Positions 1 to 9,434 of a DNA stretch of 64,000 nt are shown piece by piece. A program made the translations under genes and the position numbers. The stretch spans positions 234,334,069 to 234,398,068 of the forward strand of contig NC_052149.1 of NCBI RefSeq assembly GCF_902713615.1, in the 5' to 3' direction. Source of the DNA: Scyliorhinus canicula (Eukaryota). Each line of letters begins with the position of its first letter. Within the stretch, counting starts at the first letter, position 1. A model generated the notes under the pieces. It searched no databases. It was not told the DNA's origin and worked only from the letters and a program-made list of their open reading frames with translations.

Positions 1-4
1 ATTC

Positions 5-2365
5 ATGATGATGGTTTTTGTTGTATTGATTTGTGCACTGTATGTGGTTTCTGCGCAGATTCGGTATTCTGTTCCCGAGGAAATGGAGCAAGGAGCTGTA
101 ATTGGTAATATTGCTGAAGATTTGGGGCTGAATATTGCAACATTGTCAGGTCGGAAAGTTCGGCTGGTCGCTGACTACACAAAACGCTATTTGGAAGTCA
201 ATTTGGAAAATGGCTTGTTACTTGCCAATGAAAGAATAGACAGAGACAAGCTTTGTGGACCAATCACGACATGTGTTCTTTCCTTCCAAATAGTGTTTGA
301 AAATTCTCCAGAGATGTACCGCGGTGAAGTGGAGATTCTTGATATAAATGATAATTCTCCCAGTTTCCCGGAGAGTGTCATTCTCTTACGAATGGCCGAA
401 ACCATGGCGCCAGGCTCCAGCTTTCCGCTAGAGAGCGCTCTCGATCCAGACGTGGGGACAAATGCAGTCTCTGATTATAACATCAGCCCCAATGAACACT
501 TCTGTCTAAAAGAGAAATTTGTAGATGACGGTACTAAAATTGTCCAGTTGCTGTTGGAGAAACCGTTGGATCGCGAACGGCAGTCATCCTTTCAGCTGAT
601 GCTGACGGCCACTGACGGAGGGAATCCTCCCAGATCTGGGACCGCTCGGATTCTCATCACTGTGCTGGACAGCAACGACAATGCGCCTACTTTCGCACGC
701 GAGATCTACAAGGTCAGCCTGATAGAAAACTCACCCAGAGGTACCTTGGTGGTTTCAGTCCATGCCACTGATCTGGACGAAGGTTCGAACGCGGAGGTAA
801 CTTATTCTTTCAGTAACCGTGTTTCACAGAAAATGCAGGAACTGTTTAGTTTGGATCCTCGAACAGGAGAGATTCGGGTGCAGGGTATAATTGATTATGA
901 AGGAGCAAGCAGTTATTCACTTGATGTTCAAGCTGCTGATAACGGTTCCCCGGCAATAATAGGACATTCTAAAGTGTTGATTAAATTAATAGATGTCAAT
1001 GATAACGCCCCTGAGATAAAAGTGACCATAATATCAAGTATGGTCCCAGAAGACGCTGCTCCCGGGACTGTTGCAGCTCTGGTCAATGTAAATGATCGAG
1101 ATTCTGGGAACAATGGAAAGGTGCACTGCGAGATCCATAAGAACGTTCCGTTTAAACTTCAATCGACTAAGATAGGTAATTATAAACTGATAACCAGTGA
1201 CATGTTGGACCGTGAAAACACGCCCCTGTACAACATAGCTATTTTAGCCAGGGACTCGGCCTCTCCTTCACTATCAACAAATACAACCATTCTGATATCG
1301 GTGTCTGATGTAAACGATAACGCCCCAAGGTTTGCACGACCCATGGACACAGTGTATGTGACGGAGAACAACTCCCCCGGTGCTTCTATTTTCGCAGTGA
1401 CTGCTTTCGATCCTGACCAGGATCAGAATTCCTACGTCACTTACTCTTTCATAGACAACCTTATTCAAGTGTTACCATTGTCAAATTACCTCAATCTTAA
1501 TTCGATGAACGGGACCATTTACGCGCTGCGCTCTTTTGACTACGAGCGGGTGAAAAACTTCCAGATTCAAGTCCAAGCCCGAGACGCTGGCGTTCCCCCT
1601 CTGAGCAGCAGCGCAACATTGAATGTGATCATCCTGGATCAGAATGACAACGCTCCAGTAATTGTGTCACCTTCAGCACAGAGCGGATCAGCAGGAGTGG
1701 AAGTTGTGCCTCAGTCAGCGGGCCAGGGGTACTTGGTCACCAAGATAATCGCAACTGATGCTGATTCCGGTCAGAACGCACGGCTCCTCTATCAGGTGCT
1801 GAAAGCCACTGATCCCAGTCTGTTCATCGTGGGGCTTCACTCTGGAGAAATCAGAACAGCCCGAGGAATTTTGGAGCAGGATTCTACCACCCAGAGCCTT
1901 GTGATCTTGGTGAAGGATAATGGACAGCCGAGTCGCTCCAGCACGGCTACAATCCACTTTTCAATCCTGGGCAATGTTACTGAGATTTTCTCAGAAAGTA
2001 GTAATTCAGTGACAAATCCTGAATATGTCTCTGATGTAAATCTTTATTTAATTGTCATTTTAGGTTCAACTTCCTTCATATTTCTTGCAACCATCATTTT
2101 GCTGATTGGCATCAAGTGTAAACAGGATAGAAATTCTCCAGAAGACTACAACTCCCCAAGTATTTGCTATGGACTGGACGATTCTAACAATGCGTTTAAT
2201 CAGAGACCAATACTGAAAGAATCTTTAAATTATACTGGGGCTGGAGAGATTATCCACATCCCTGACACGCATCATTATTCAGTTTGTCTGTCTCCCGAAT
2301 CAGCTAAGAGCGATTTTCTGTTTTTGAAGCCTTACATACCACCGATGTCTCAGGGCCAATGTTAA
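5..2365 (+). CDS. Clustered-type protocadherin, gene 1 (signal peptide, 6 EC repeats, TM, short tail); EC1 divergent from neighbours
   Basis: 786-aa ORF with QIRYSVPEE start of EC1, CX5C (LCGPITTC), repeated DxNDNxP / LDRE / DxDxG Ca-binding motifs, TM LYLIVILGSTSFIFLATIILLIGI and tail motif HHYSVCLSPESAKSDFLFLKP. The frame is open to the window edge, so the true start and promoter may lie upstream. Confidence 0.95.
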   Translation: MMMVFVVLICALYVVSAQIRYSVPEEMEQGAVIGNIAEDLGLNIATLSGRKVRLVADYTKRYLEVNLENGLLLANERIDRDKLCGPITTCVLSFQIVFENSPEMYRGEVEILDINDNSPSFPESVILLRMAETMAPGSSFPLESALDPDVGTNAVSDYNISPNEHFCLKEKFVDDGTKIVQLLLEKPLDRERQSSFQLMLTATDGGNPPRSGTARILITVLDSNDNAPTFAREIYKVSLIENSPRGTLVVSVHATDLDEGSNAEVTYSFSNRVSQKMQELFSLDPRTGEIRVQGIIDYEGASSYSLDVQAADNGSPAIIGHSKVLIKLIDVNDNAPEIKVTIISSMVPEDAAPGTVAALVNVNDRDSGNNGKVHCEIHKNVPFKLQSTKIGNYKLITSDMLDRENTPLYNIAILARDSASPSLSTNTTILISVSDVNDNAPRFARPMDTVYVTENNSPGASIFAVTAFDPDQDQNSYVTYSFIDNLIQVLPLSNYLNLNSMNGTIYALRSFDYERVKNFQIQVQARDAGVPPLSSSATLNVIILDQNDNAPVIVSPSAQSGSAGVEVVPQSAGQGYLVTKIIATDADSGQNARLLYQVLKATDPSLFIVGLHSGEIRTARGILEQDSTTQSLVILVKDNGQPSRSSTATIHFSILGNVTEIFSESSNSVTNPEYVSDVNLYLIVILGSTSFIFLATIILLIGIKCKQDRNSPEDYNSPSICYGLDDSNNAFNQRPILKESLNYTGAGEIIHIPDTHHYSVCLSPESAKSDFLFLKPYIPPMSQGQC

Positions 2366-2533
2366 AATGTATAGGTTTGACAACATTGAGGCATTGTGAA
2401 ATTAATGGCCATCTCAGTTACTGCCGATTGAATTACTGAAACTATTTACCTACCAAGGACATGCATTATAGAATGAAAGGTTCGTCCTTGTCCTGCAACT
2501 GTGAAGTGGTGGTCATCAAAAGATATTGTGAAA

Positions 2534-2539
2534 AATAAA
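2534..2539 (+). terminator. Putative poly(A) signal of gene 1
   Basis: AATAAA ~170 nt after the stop, in context gtgaaaAATAAAaggctccat, conserved behind all six paralogs. Confidence 0.55.
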
Positions 2540-3235
2540 AGGCTCCATTAAAGTACAGCGACGTGTCTGAAACTGGCATCTGTTATCTAGGAAGGGATGC
2601 CGGCAGGCGAGTTATTGCACGAGCTACATAATTAAGTTTGTTGTTAAGGTCCGTTCCAGAATTGACCTCGGGGCATTGATACCTGAATGTATTTGGATTA
2701 ATTCCCTCACGGTTTGCAATTTGAAATACCAACAAAAGCGATTGGAAGGATCTTATTCCCTCAGAAAATCGAAAAGGGTAATTTCATAGCTTGCTCAATG
2801 GATTCTTATGGTGACTTCCATAGAGATGCCCGACTGAAGTTATTCCGCATTGACCCGCGAAATTGGTTTAAAACTACTTTCAAAGTGCAGAATATTAGTG
2901 TGATAAAGTATAATACATTTTCGGACCCTGCACACTCAAATGTAATAGCTGAGAGAAGAAGTAAACGCCGAAAACATACTGTTTGATCTGCATGATTCAC
3001 TTCATTTCTATAAGTATGCTAATATTATCTGCACTCATCGGTTACAAAGAATTACATAATTTACAAAGAATGTACAACACAGAGAAATTGCTTCTGGCCC
3101 GGTAAGTCACTGAAGGTTTTGATCCTCCATATCAGTCTCCTCCCGCCTTTAGTTTTCAAACTTAATCTGCATACTTTTTCATAATACTGCTGGGATGTCC
3201 TTTGGCTTAGAACAGATATTATCCTCATCCTAATT

Positions 3236-3696
3236 TTTTAACTTAAAAGTGTGTGGGCGTCGCTGGTTATGCCAGCATTTATTGCCCGTCCCGAGATGCC
3301 TTTCAGAAGGTGGTGGTCAGTTACTTTCTTGAACCACTGCAGGCCGTCAGGTGTAGGTACACCCACAGTGCTTTTAGAGAGGGAGATTCCGGATTTTGGC
3401 TCAGTGACAGCGAAGGAACGACGATATATTTCCAAGTCAGGATGGTGAGTGACTTGGATGGATCCTCCAGACGGTGGGGTTGCCAGTTATCTGATGCTCT
3501 TGTCATTCTAAATGGTTGTGGTTGTGGGTTTTTAAGGTGCAGTCGAAGCAACCTTGGTGAGTTACTGCAGTGCATCTTGTAGATGGTACACATGGGCTGC
3601 CACTGTTCGTCAGTGGTGGAGGGTTTGAATGTTTGTGGAAGGGGGAGCAACCAAGCTGGCTGCTTTGTCCCGGAAGGCGTCGAGCTTCTTGCGTGT
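3236..3696 (-). mobile_element. L2/CR1-group LINE 3' fragment (insertion A)
   Basis: Minus-strand remnant peptides CTIYKMHCSNSPRLLR and EIYRRSF..VGVPTP.GLQ.FKK..HHLLKG resemble a LINE ORF2 C-terminus. The same insertion is at 18323-18768; the empty site is at ~29110. Confidence 0.75.
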
Positions 3697-4330
3697 CGGG
3701 GTCTGAGAGAAAGAGAGTTACCCCCTCTTAAAGATGATTTTAAAAAATCTGATGTATCTTTTCAGAACAAAGCTGAGTGTATGAGGTTTTGCTGTCCAGC
3801 CCGCGATTTTCTACCCAGCATAATGAGTTGGACGAACCACGCTAATTGGGCGAATATCTATGGTTTAGAGGATATGAAAATGTTTCCAATCCACTGGACA
3901 GAACGCACGATTCATAACTTGTAACTTAGCTGCACTTGTACTTGACTGTTGGTGGAACATTCATCTGTTTATGACCTTTGTGGTGGTTTTAACGCATTCA
4001 TGCTAAATAGCTTGGTGTCTCCATCTGAGTCGGCAATATACGAACATTGTGCAAGGGTAGTGAACTTTTGCTGAATGGTGCTAGCGGGCTGGTCCCCAGA
4101 GTGGCATAATTCAAACTGTGAAATTGATGAGTAATTACAGAAGCTGATGGTCACAGTACATGGAGAAGGTAGCATGAGAGAGAACAAAATTCATAAAATC
4201 AGATGGTGATTTTTGTCATAACACCCAAGTAACAGAGGGCAACAGACATTTTAATCAGAGCGACTAATATCAAGACTCTCAGCAGAAATCATTTACAGCA
4301 AGTAACAGCAACGTGGTCGTGAAACAGGTT
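3697..4330. repeat. Paralogous non-TE spacer block, copy 1 (continues at ~7886-8160 after the CR1 insertion)
   Basis: Aligns by eye with 18769-19600, 29116-30030, 41360-42300 and 52920-53740. Confidence 0.8.
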
Positions 4331-4393
4331 TAGAATATAGAACTTTACAGCGCAGAACAGGCCCTTCAGCCCTCGATGTTGTGCCGACCTGTG

Positions 4394-7353
4394 AACATAG
4401 AACATAGAACGATACAGCGCAGTACAGGCCCTTCGGCCCTCGATGTTGCACCGACATGGAAAAAATCTAAAGGCCATCTAACCTACACTATGCCCTTATC
4501 ATCCATATGCTTATCCAATAAATTTTTAAATGCCCTCAATGTTGGCGTGTTCACTACTGTTGCAGGTAGGGCATTCCACGGCCTCACCACTCTTTGCGTA
4601 AAAAACCCACCTCTGACCTCTGTCCTATATCTATTACCCCTCAATTTAAGGCTTTGTCCCCTCGTGCTAGCCACCTCCATCCGCGGGAGAAGGCTCTCGC
4701 TGTCCACCCTATCTAACCCTCTGATCATTTTGTATGCCTCTATTAAGTCACCTCTTAACCTTCTTCTCTCTAACGAAAACAACCTCAAGTCCATCAGCCT
4801 TTCCTCATAAGATTTTCCCTCCATACCAGGCAACATCCTGGTAAATCTCCTCTGCACCCGTTCCAAAGCTTCCACATCCTTCCTATAATGAGGCGAACAG
4901 AACTGTACGCAATACTCCAAATGCGGCCGTACTAGAGTTTTGTACAACTGCAACATGACCTCATGGCTCCGGAACTCAATCCCTCTACCAATAAAGGCCA
5001 ACACACCATAGGCCTTCTTCACAACCCTATCAACCTGGGTGGCAACTTTCAGGGATCTATGTACATGGACACCGAGATCCCTCTGCTCATCCACACTACC
5101 AAGAATTTTACCATTAGCCAAATATTCCACATTTCTGTTATTCTTTCCAAAGTGAATCACCTCACACTTCTCCACATTAAACTCCATTTGCCACCTCTCA
5201 GCCCAGCTCTGCAGCTTATCTATGTCCCTCTGTAACCTGCAACATCCTTCCGCACTGTCTACAACTCCACCGACTTTAGTGTCGTCTGCAAATTTACTCA
5301 CCCATCCTTCTGCGCCCTCCTCTAGGTCATTTATAAAAATGACAAACAGCAACGGCCCCAGAACAGATCCTTGTGGTACGCCACTCGTAACTGAACTCCA
5401 TTCTGAACATTTCCCATCAACTACCACGCTCTGTCTTCTTTCAACTAGCCAATTTCTGATCCACATCTCTAAATCACCCTCAATCCCCAGCCTCCGTATT
5501 TTCTGCAATAGCCGACCGTGGGGAACCTTTTCAAACGCTTTACTGAAATCCATATATACCACATCAACTGCTCTACCCTCGTCTACCTGTTCAGTCACCT
5601 TCTCAAAGAACTCGATAAGGTTTGTGAGGCATGACCTACCCTTCACAAAACCATGCTGACTGTCCCTAATCATATTATTCCTATCTAGATGATTATAAAT
5701 CGTATCTTTTATAATCCTCTCCAAGACTTTACCCACCACAGACGTTAGGCTCACCGGCCTATAGTTACCGGGGTTATCTCTACTCCCCTTCTTGAACAAA
5801 GGGACCACATTTGCTACCCTCCAGTCCTCTGGCACTATTCCTGTAGCCAATGATGACCTAAAAATCAAAGCCAAAGGCTCAGCAATCTCTTCCCTGGCTT
5901 CCCAGAGAATCCTAGGATAAATCCCATCCGGCCCCGGGGACTTATCTATTTTCACCTTGTCCAGAATTGCCAACACTTCTTCCCTACGCACCTCAATGCC
6001 ATCTATTCTAATAGCCTGGGTCTCAGCATTCTCCTCCACAATATTATCTTTTTCTTGAGTGAATACTGACGAAAAGTATTCATTTAGTATCTCGCTTATC
6101 TCCTCAGCCTCCACACACAACTTCCCACCACTGTCCTTGACTGGCCCTACTCTTACCCTAGTCATTCTTTTATTCCTGACATACCTATAGAAAGCTTTTG
6201 GGTTTTCCTTGATCCTACCTGCCAAAGACTTCTCATGTCCCCTCCTTGCTCGTCTCAGCTCTCTCTTTAGATCCTTCCTCGCTTCCTTGTAACTATCAAG
6301 CGCCCCAACTGAAACTTCATGCCTCATCCTCACATAGGCCTCCTTCTTCCTCTTAACAAGAGATTCCACTTCTTTGGTAAACCACGGTTCCCTCGCTCGA
6401 CCCCTTCCTCGCTGCCTGACTGGTACGTACTTATCAAGAACATGCAATAGCTGTTCCTTGAACAAGCTCCACATATCCAGTGTGCCCAACCCTTGCAGCC
6501 TACTTCTCCAACCAACACATCCTAAGTCATGTCTAATGGCATCATAATTGCCCTTCCCCCAGCTATAACTCTTGCCCTGCGGGGTATACTTATCCCTTTC
6601 CATCACTAACGTAAAGGTCACCGAATTGTGGTCACTGTTTCCAAAGTGCTCACCTACCTCCAGATCTAACACCTGGCCTGGTTCATTGCCCAAAACCAAA
6701 TCCAATGTGGCCTCGCCTCTTGTTGGCCTGTCAACATATTGTGTCAGGAAACCCTCCTGCACACATTGTACAAAGAATGACCCATCTAATGTACTCGAAC
6801 TATATCTTTTCCAGTCAATATTTGGAAAGTTAAAGTCTCCCATAACAACTACCCTGTTACTTTCGCTCTTTTCCAGAATCATCTTCGCCATCCTTTCCTC
6901 TACATCCCTAGAACTATTAGGTGGCCTATAGAAAACTCCCAACAGGGTGACCTCTCCTTTCCTGTTTCTAACCTCAGCCCATACTACCTCAGAAGAAGAG
7001 TCCCCATCTAGCATCCTTTCCGCCACCGTAATACTGTCCTTGACTAGCAGCGCCACACCTCCCCCTCTTTTGCCCCCTTCTCTGAGCTTACTAAAACACC
7101 TAAACCCCGGAACCTGCAACAACCATTCCTGTCCCTGCTCTATCCATGTCTCTGAAATGGCCACAACATCGAAGTCCCAGGTACCAACCCATGCTGCCAG
7201 TTCCCCAACCTTATTTCGTATACTCCTGGCATTGAAGTAGACACACTTCAAACCACCTACCTGAACACTGGCACCCTCCTGCGAAGTCAAATCTGTGCTC
7301 CTGACCTCTATACTCTCAATCTCCCGTACCCCAAAACTACAATCCAGGTTCCC
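4394..7353 (-). mobile_element. Young 5'-truncated CR1 LINE with uninterrupted ORF2
   Basis: (AGAACAT)n tail at 4394-4410, 3' UTR, then a 935-codon open frame; no ORF1 seen. Confidence 0.95.
4483..7290 (-). CDS. CR1 ORF2: APE endonuclease plus reverse transcriptase
   Basis: EN motifs YFNARS, ISETW, GGGVAL, YRPP, MGDFN, TLDLVL, SDHN; RT motifs YRPVSLTS, QHGF, DFSKAF, GVPQGSVLGP, FADD. The track start is a TTG; the frame is open up to the truncation junction. Confidence 0.93.
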   Translation of the reverse strand: MTSQEGASVQVGGLKCVYFNARSIRNKVGELAAWVGTWDFDVVAISETWIEQGQEWLLQVPGFRCFSKLREGGKRGGGVALLVKDSITVAERMLDGDSSSEVVWAEVRNRKGEVTLLGVFYRPPNSSRDVEERMAKMILEKSESNRVVVMGDFNFPNIDWKRYSSSTLDGSFFVQCVQEGFLTQYVDRPTRGEATLDLVLGNEPGQVLDLEVGEHFGNSDHNSVTFTLVMERDKYTPQGKSYSWGKGNYDAIRHDLGCVGWRSRLQGLGTLDMWSLFKEQLLHVLDKYVPVRQRGRGRAREPWFTKEVESLVKRKKEAYVRMRHEVSVGALDSYKEARKDLKRELRRARRGHEKSLAGRIKENPKAFYRYVRNKRMTRVRVGPVKDSGGKLCVEAEEISEILNEYFSSVFTQEKDNIVEENAETQAIRIDGIEVRREEVLAILDKVKIDKSPGPDGIYPRILWEAREEIAEPLALIFRSSLATGIVPEDWRVANVVPLFKKGSRDNPGNYRPVSLTSVVGKVLERIIKDTIYNHLDRNNMIRDSQHGFVKGRSCLTNLIEFFEKVTEQVDEGRAVDVVYMDFSKAFEKVPHGRLLQKIRRLGIEGDLEMWIRNWLVERRQSVVVDGKCSEWSSVTSGVPQGSVLGPLLFVIFINDLEEGAEGWVSKFADDTKVGGVVDSAEGCCRLQRDIDKLQSWAERWQMEFNVEKCEVIHFGKNNRNVEYLANGKILGSVDEQRDLGVHVHRSLKVATQVDRVVKKAYGVLAFIGRGIEFRSHEVMLQLYKTLVRPHLEYCVQFCSPHYRKDVEALERVQRRFTRMLPGMEGKSYEERLMDLRLFSLERRRLRGDLIEAYKMIRGLDRVDSESLLPRMEVASTRGQSLKLRGNRYRTEVRGGFFTQRVVRPWNALPATVVNTPTLRAFKNLLDKHMDDKGIV

Positions 7354-8160
7354 CTCTAAATCCCTTCTACACTATTCCCTTATCGTCCATATGTCTATCC
7401 AATGACCATTTGAATTCCCTTTGTGTTGGCGAGTCCACGACTATTGCAGGCAGGGCGACACCACTACTTACTACTTAATACTTTGTGAGTAAACAACCTA
7501 CCTCTGACATCTGTCCTATATCTATCTCCCCTCAATTTAAAGCTATGTCCCCTCGTGCTAGACATCAGCAACCAAGGAAAAGGCTCTCACTGTCCACCCT
7601 ATCTAATCCTTTGATCATCCTGTATGCCTCAATTAAGTCACCTCTTAACCTTCTTCTCTCTCACGAAAACAGCCTTATGACCCTCAGCCTTTCCTCATAA
7701 GACCTTCCCTCCATACAAGGCAAAATCCTGGTAAATCTCCTCTGCACCCTTTCCAATGCTTCCACATCCTTCCTATAATGCGCCTACCAGAACTGCACGC
7801 AATTCTCCAAATGCAGCCGCACCAGAGTTTTGTGCAACAGCAACATGACCTCATTGTTCCGAAACTCAATTCCTATAAAAGCTAAGAGGTTAGAGGTTGA
7901 TTTACCTGGAGGGTACCCAAAGGTTGAAATTTCATTGGGACTTCCACCTCCAGTTTCAAAGTTCCACTTACCCAATAATGATGCCGATCCTGCCAGTCTG
8001 GACGAAGCCAGTTGCTAACTCTAGTTAAAATTACTTCATATTAGTTTACAGTTCTATGTCGGTTTAATGGAAATTAATATTTTCATTTTTTACCTAAATC
8101 CACTGTTTTGGACCCAGGAATTGCATCTTCCGCATTCATTTTTGAGATCTTATTCTCGTT

Positions 8161-8407
8161 CTCGAGGTGTCAAAGAGGATGGCGCCGGAGCAAGGCGACT
8201 CTCTGCAAGCTCTCCCCAACAGATCCACTTTTAACTTTATTTATACTCGTTCTAACTTTTAAAAATTAGTTCTAAAGCTCTTGAATTCTGTTTAATTCCC
8301 TTTTCTTCCCATGTACTGGATGATCTGTTGAGCTGCTTGCAGAAAAATACTTTTCACTGTACCTCGGTACACGTGACAATAAACAAATCCAATCCAATCC
8401 AATCCAA
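8161..8407 (+). mobile_element. Short non-autonomous retroelement with LINE-like 5' and 3' ends and a (ATCCA)n tail
   Basis: Absent at the paralogous site 42290-42310. 5' end GATGGCGCCGGAG; 3' end TTTTCACTGTACCTCGGTACACGTGACAATAAA followed by aatcc repeats. Confidence 0.65.
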
Positions 8408-8895
8408 GTTAGGTTTATGCGCTTTGTGCCCTCTTTAACACTAATGTATGACTCACTTGCTGTAACCAGGCATAAACATATCCAGAATCTACAAATTGTG
8501 GTTGGAAGCAATAGTGCCTAAATACTGAACACATTCAGAAAATTCCTCTATAAACATCAAATGTAGGGACCAACCTACCAATGCAATTTGATTAACATAT
8601 AATCAAAATAACGAGAAGGGAAACGTGGAAAATATGTGGCAATCACACATTGCGCAACTTTAAAATCATATTTTACTCGGATAAAATGCATTCTGAGCAA
8701 TGCGTTAGAATGTTAGAACATAACTGCCAGATAAAATGTATTGGTTTCTTATATCAGCATTCGAAGATAGAAGCATAAAATGAAAGAATTTATAATGCAG
8801 AAGGAGGCCATTCGGCCCATCGAGTCTGCACTGACTAGCGACAATGCATGTGCCTAAATTTATAAAAGAAAAGTGATAAAGTTAGAGACACATGT

Positions 8896-9243
8896 AGAAC
8901 ATAGAGCAGTACAGCACAGAACAGGCCCTTCGGCCCTCGATGTTGTGCCGAGCAATGATCACCCTACTCAACCCCACGTATCCACCCTACACCCGTAACC
9001 CAACAACCCCCCCCCCCCCAACCTTACTTTTAAGGACACTACGGGCAATTTAGCATGGCCAATCGACCTAACCTGCACATCTTTGGACTGTGGGAGGAAA
9101 CCGGAGCACCCGGAGGAAACCCACGCACACACGGGGAGGACGTGCAGACTCCGCACAGACAGCGACCCAGCCGGGAACCGAACCTGGGACCTTGGAGCTG
9201 TGAAGCATTTAGGCTAACCACCATGCTACCGTGCTACCGTGCT
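8896..9243 (-). mobile_element. tRNA-derived V-domain SINE (HE1-like) with a CR1-type tail
   Basis: tRNA-like head (GGTTAGC, GGTTCG), central V-domain (GGGTTTCCTCCGGGTGCTCCGGTTTCCTCCCACAGTCCAAAGATGTGCAGG), tail matching the CR1 3' end at 4400-4450. Confidence 0.9.
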
Positions 9244-9434
9244 ATGGTAAAGGAACATCTGTAAGTATGGCTGAATTTAATCTCCATATAAGAACATCAA
9301 AGAACAATACAGCTCAGGAACAGGCACTTCGGCCCTCCAAGCCTGTAGTTGTCATGAAACCACCCTTGGACAAAACCCTCAACACTTCCCACTGCCGTAT
9401 TGCTCGATACCCATCCTGTTCATGTATTTATTGA

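Larger units (their letters stand above)
4331..7885 (-). mobile_element. Older CR1 3' fragment (4331-4394 + ~7351-7885) hosting a nested young CR1
   Basis: CR1 3' tail (tagaa repeat, caggcccttc.gccctcgatg) at 4331; degenerate RT C-terminus (LVRLHLENCVQFW) at 7780-7870; the spacer sequence (aggttgatttacc) resumes at ~7895. Confidence 0.8.
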
